Position numbers and translations under genes: made by a program. From Eledone cirrhosa (taxonomy: Eukaryota), in NCBI GenBank assembly GCA_964016885.1, contig OZ024742.1, positions 45,384,001 through 45,448,000 on the forward strand: DNA of 64,000 nucleotides. Direction: 5' to 3'. Under the pieces are notes generated by a model, which saw only the letters and a program-made list of their open reading frames with translations, was not told the DNA's origin and made no database searches. Every line of letters begins with the position of its first letter. The stretch's first letter is position 1. Below, piece by piece: positions 59,204 to 64,000 of this stretch.

Positions 59204-62200
59204 ATCATCATCATCAACGTTTAACGTCCGTGTTCCACGCTTGCATGGGTTTGGACGGGGGTAGTCCCACTTGAGGCAAGAGTGATTGTCTTGCTCGCAT
59301 AGGACTGTCTGGCAGGTTTTCTACAGTTGGATGCCCTTCCTAACACCAACCACATTTACAGTGTGGGTCTGGGAGGTTTTTACCGTGTTGCGTACACGGC
59401 CACATTACAGCGTGGACTGTGTGTTTTTTTGTCGTGACACCTACACGATCTCATTTGTTTCGGCCTGGATGGCGCGGCACCAACATAACTTTACATAGAA
59501 TGGGGTGGTGTGGATGGGGTGGGGGTGGTGTGGATGGGGTGGGGGTGGTGGCGGGACGGGGTGTATTTTGTTAGAGATGCCTACTGGCAAGGCGGGTCTT
59601 CTCTGTTACTGAGTACCGCCAAAGGTCTCGGTCCAGTGACATTGTCTTGGAGAGGTGTAAGTGTGTGAGGTCGGAGTTTATCAGCTCATCCCAGGTTTTT
59701 CTAGGTCTGCCTATTCCGTGGCTACCGTCTATCTTTATTGCCCTGCACTTTGTTATACAGCTATCGACTTTCATGCGCATCACATGTCCATACCAACGTA
59801 GCCTTCTCTCGAGTAAACAACATCTGATCCCTCTTATCTCTAATTTTTTCCTTAGTTCGTTTATGCTTTGCCGTTCACGTATATTACTGTTACACATCCA
59901 GCGGAGCATGCAAGCTTCGTTCCTCTCTAGTCTGCGTATATCCTCTGCACACAATGCCCAGGTCTCACTGCCATGCAGCATTGCTGTTCGTATGCAGGCA
60001 TCGTACAACCTGCCTTTCATTTTTAGGGAGAACCCTTTAGCAGCTAATAGTGGTATAAGCTCTCTGAACTTTTTCCAACCAGTTCTGACTCTAGCTACAG
60101 TACTTTCAGAGCACCCTCCGCCACTGCTGATTTTATCGCCCAGGTAACGGAAGCTGTCCACTATTTCTATAGAACCCTCTGCACAGTTGAAGGAGCTAGT
60201 ATTTTGTGGGCACTTGCTGCTACTTATTGCACCAGAACACCGGCCACATGTAAAATCTATGTTCTTAGTTAGCTTACCTGTGATCCCACTACATCTTTTA
60301 TGCACCCATACTTTGCATTTAGGACATAAAATGGAGTTTCTACCTACGCCTTTCCTACACACCGAGCACGACCATTTCCCAGAAGGGACCGCCGCCTTGT
60401 TTTCTTTCCTACAAACTAGTACTTTGGTCTTAGCCAGGTTAATTTTAAGTCCTTTTGACTCTAGGCCGTGCTTCCATGTTTGGAATTTCTTCTCTAGCTC
60501 GGCCATTGATTCCGCTATGAGTGTCAGGTCGTCTGCGTATAGGAGTTCCTATGGGCAGCCTGTCTTGAACTCCTCTGTTATAGCCTGAAGGGCAATAATA
60601 AATAGTAGGGGCTGAGAACAGAGCCCTGATGGACGCCAACTTTTACGCTAAACTCTTCACTATATTCGTTGTTAATTCTAACCTTACTGACTGTTTCTTT
60701 ATACATGGCTTGTATGGCCCTCACAAGCTATTCGTCAACACCTAGTTTTCTAAGAGCCCACCAGATAATGGAGCGGGGGACTCTGTCGAAGGCTTTCTCC
60801 AAGTCGACAAAAGCTAAGTAGAGGGGTTTACCTTTAGCTAGGTACTTCTCCTGTAGTTGTCGTACTATGAAAAGAGCGTCTGTGGTACTTTTGCCTGACA
60901 CAAACCCGAACTGCATTTCATCTAGGTCAATTCTCTCTCTGATTAGTTGCGCTATTACTTTTTCCGTGACCTTCATGACCTGGTCGATTAATTTAATGCC
61001 TCTATAGTTACTCCTACCTAGGGCGTCTCCTTTACCCTTATAACAGTTAACGATGATGCTGCTATGCCAGTCCTTCGGAACAACCCCATTCTGTACGACT
61101 TGATTAACTATGCGGGTGACCATGGTGTGTCCCACCGTGCCAGATGCCTTCAGCATCTCAGCAACTATTTCCGAAGGCCCAGCCGCCTTACCCGTCTTCA
61201 TATCCTTGATTGCCTTACTTATTATACTCCCCTCGACTAACACTGCTGGTCCCTCTATTGGGTCGATATGGGGGAGACTGTCTTTCTCCCATTTATTCTC
61301 CTCATTTAGTAGCGTTTCATAGTGACACTTCCAAGCTACCTTCTTATCAGCGTCGGTGATGGCAAGTGTGCCATCGTCGTTTAGTACACACTTCTCCCCG
61401 ACAATATCACGGTTTTCCTTGACGCATTGCCTAGCAATCCTGAACACCTCACGTTTTTGGTCATCGCGTTGTAGAACATGCTTGAACTTTCTTTCCTCAG
61501 CTTCCCTTCTTGCTAAGTACACTTGTCTCCTAGCTTCCCTAGTCTTCCTGATAGTCTTCTCTACTTCCCCCATCCCGCCATACTTTCCAAGCCTGCTTTT
61601 TGGCCTTAATTGACCCCTCCACCTTACTGTTCCACCACCATGTTACTCTCCTCCTGCCTACAGGCCTGCTCCAGCCACAGACTTCGTCTGTCGCCATCAG
61701 CAGGTTTGCTTTCAGAAATTCCCACTCTCCCTCTATATTGTCCGACTCTAAATGTTCTTCCTTACTGTCGAAAGCATCAAGTAATATGCTTTGAAATTTA
61801 TTCCTGGCTGTGGGGTCCTTTAGCTTCCATATTTTTCTCCTGAGGATAGTCCTCTTCTGCTGTCGAGTACGTCTCGTCCTGACTATGAGGTCGCTAATTA
61901 TCAGTCTATGTTGGGAGGTGCATTCTTCATGGGGGAGGGATTTAGTGTTTACAACAGACACTCTGTCACGTCTTCTGGTAAGGATATAATCTACCTGGCT
62001 TGTGTGTTCCCCGGATCTATAGGTGATCAGGTGATTGTCACGTTTTTTGAAGTTAGTGTTACAGATAGTTAGGTTATTTGCATCACAGAATTCCAGGATT
62101 CTGGAGCCTTCCTCATTTCTAGTACCAAACCCATAGCCTCCATGGATTTCGTCATAGCCGTCACAACGTTGTCCAACGTGACCATTTAGGTCGCCTGCGA

Positions 62201-63075
62201 TAATTATATAGTCACTGTCGGATATTTGGGAGGTAGTTAGCATCAGTGTCTCATAGAATCTGTCTTTTATAGTGCCGGGCAGTCCGGATTGGGGTGCGTA
62301 CGCAGATATTACTGTCACCGTAGTTCTATTGAGGACAAGTCGTATTTTAATTATTCTGTCGTTCACTCTATTTACGTCTATTATCTTATCTGCCCACTTT
62401 TCTGCTACCATGATTCCTACTCCACCCAGCCCATCGTCGTTTCCCACCCAGAAAAGCTTATAACATCGTTTTTTACCCTCAATAAACCTAGCAGACCCAC
62501 CCCTCCACCTGGTCTCTTGAATACAACAAACATCGACCTCCTTACGTTCAAGCATTTCTACAACCTCGTTAGAGCGACCCTTTAAGGTGCCTACATTCAT
62601 GGTACCAACTCTGAAGTTTTGGATTGCGTTTGGGGGTTGGGGGCGGTGGGGGGCGCGGGGCGATGGGGTTATGTTAGCCGTCCGCGGTCGAAACAATGAG
62701 GAGTGCTCGCATTCTCGTCCAAGAGGTGAATTTGTCTTTATCTTTGGCATTGTCGCTGAGCGTCCAGATTTTTCTCTCTCTCTCCTCCACTCTCCAGGAT
62801 TCCGCAGTCCATCCATCCATCCATCATATATCGAAAGGCAACCAGGCAAGCGATAGTATAGGCCTCTGGCTTCTGATTGGTCCGCGTAATAATACTGGTG
62901 ATGCGTGGGGGCTCTGGCTTATGATTGGTCCACGTAATAGCAATGGTGGTGCGTGGGGGAGGGAGGGGTGTTGGGTAGCTAGATAGAAGGTAATGATTGA
63001 ATGGGGTCCTTGCATTTCACAAGCGATTAACAAAAATACAAAATTTGTTCTGTTCAATACGACCAAAAACTTTCG

Positions 63076-63077
<2 letters not shown>
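59204..63077 (-). mobile_element. Apparently full-length RTE LINE (5'UTR, APE, RT, PHD, 3'UTR) with a few inactivating lesions
   Basis: ORFs 62849..61539 (APE), 61573..60728 (RT N-half, TAG stop), 60506..59571 (PHD and C-terminus); (GAT)n tail. Confidence 0.96.
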
Positions 63078-63110
<33 letters not shown>

Positions 63111-63815
63111 ATATATATATATATATATACAATATATATATATATAATATATATATATATACATACAATATATATATATATATATACAATATATATATAT
63201 ATAATATATATATATATACATACAATATATATATATATATATATATACAATATATATATATATAATATATATATATATACATACAATATATATATATATA
63301 TATATATACAATATATATATATATAATATATATATATATACATACAATATATATATATATAATATATATATATATACATACAATATATATATATATATAT
63401 ATATACAATATATATATATATATATATATACAATATATATATATATAATATATATATATATACATACAATATATATATATATATATATACAATATATATA
63501 TATATAATATATATATATATACATACAATATATATATATATATATATACAATATATATATATATAATATATATATATATACATACAATATATATATATAT
63601 ATATATATACAATATATATATATATAATATATATATATATACATACAATATATATATATATATACATACAATATATATATATATAATATATATATATATA
63701 CATACAATATATATATATATATATATATACAATATATATATATATATATACAATATATATATATATAATATATATATATATACATACAATATATATATAT
63801 ATATATATATATACA

Positions 63816-63877
<62 letters not shown>

Positions 63878-64000
63878 ATATATATATATATATATATATA
63901 CAATATATATATATATATAATATATATACAATATATATATATATACATACAATATATATATATATATATATACAATATATATATATATATATATACAATA
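63078..64000. repeat. Compound (TA)n microsatellite with periodic interruptions
   Basis: (TA)n punctuated by CAA, TAA and CATACAA. Confidence 0.97.

Noticed and set aside
59500-59562. G-quadruplex-like G runs (also 62630-62670)
   Set aside because: Ordinary C-rich segments of the RTE; no evidence of function.
59647-60588. Long ORFs antisense to the RTE (also 17012, 17684, 30903, 53032)
   Set aside because: Shadow ORFs of RT coding sequence with no independent protein motifs.
59204-63077. Active autonomous LINE
   Set aside because: Frameshift near 61560, TAG stop at 60728 and a further frameshift near 60620; inactive unless these are sequencing errors.
62824-63998. 300-380-aa Tyr/Ile-rich ORFs
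   Set aside because: Translation of (TA)n microsatellite.

Overview
AT-rich animal genomic DNA, probably octopod cephalopod (inferred only from the repeat landscape: RTE LINEs with (GAT)n tails, Meta- and CORE-domain SINEs, abundant (TA)n). Two spliced host genes lie on the minus strand, and I reconstructed both by hand because the ORF track mostly misses them. PDIA3/ERp57 has coding exons 1-12 at 27044..642; its last exon should start just left of position 1. JTB has 5 coding exons at 55067..48456 (154 aa). The rest is mostly transposon-derived: about 20 RTE copies or fragments (two near full length), a decayed CR1-group LINE, a Penelope-like GIY-YIG remnant, SINEs, MITEs and minisatellites. 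Three observations stand out. (1) A 5-kb intergenic patch (33.6-38.7 kb) consists of short cassettes separated by (TA)n runs. Several unrelated cassettes carry hammerhead-ribozyme motifs, and two are long foldback hairpins. (2) A PHD-type zinc finger is inserted inside the reverse transcriptase of the youngest RTE families. (3) Tandem ERSE-II-like elements sit in the 5' region of the full-length RTE, and one shares 14 identical bp with the ERSE-II upstream of PDIA3. All structures were read by eye; nothing was computed or database-searched.
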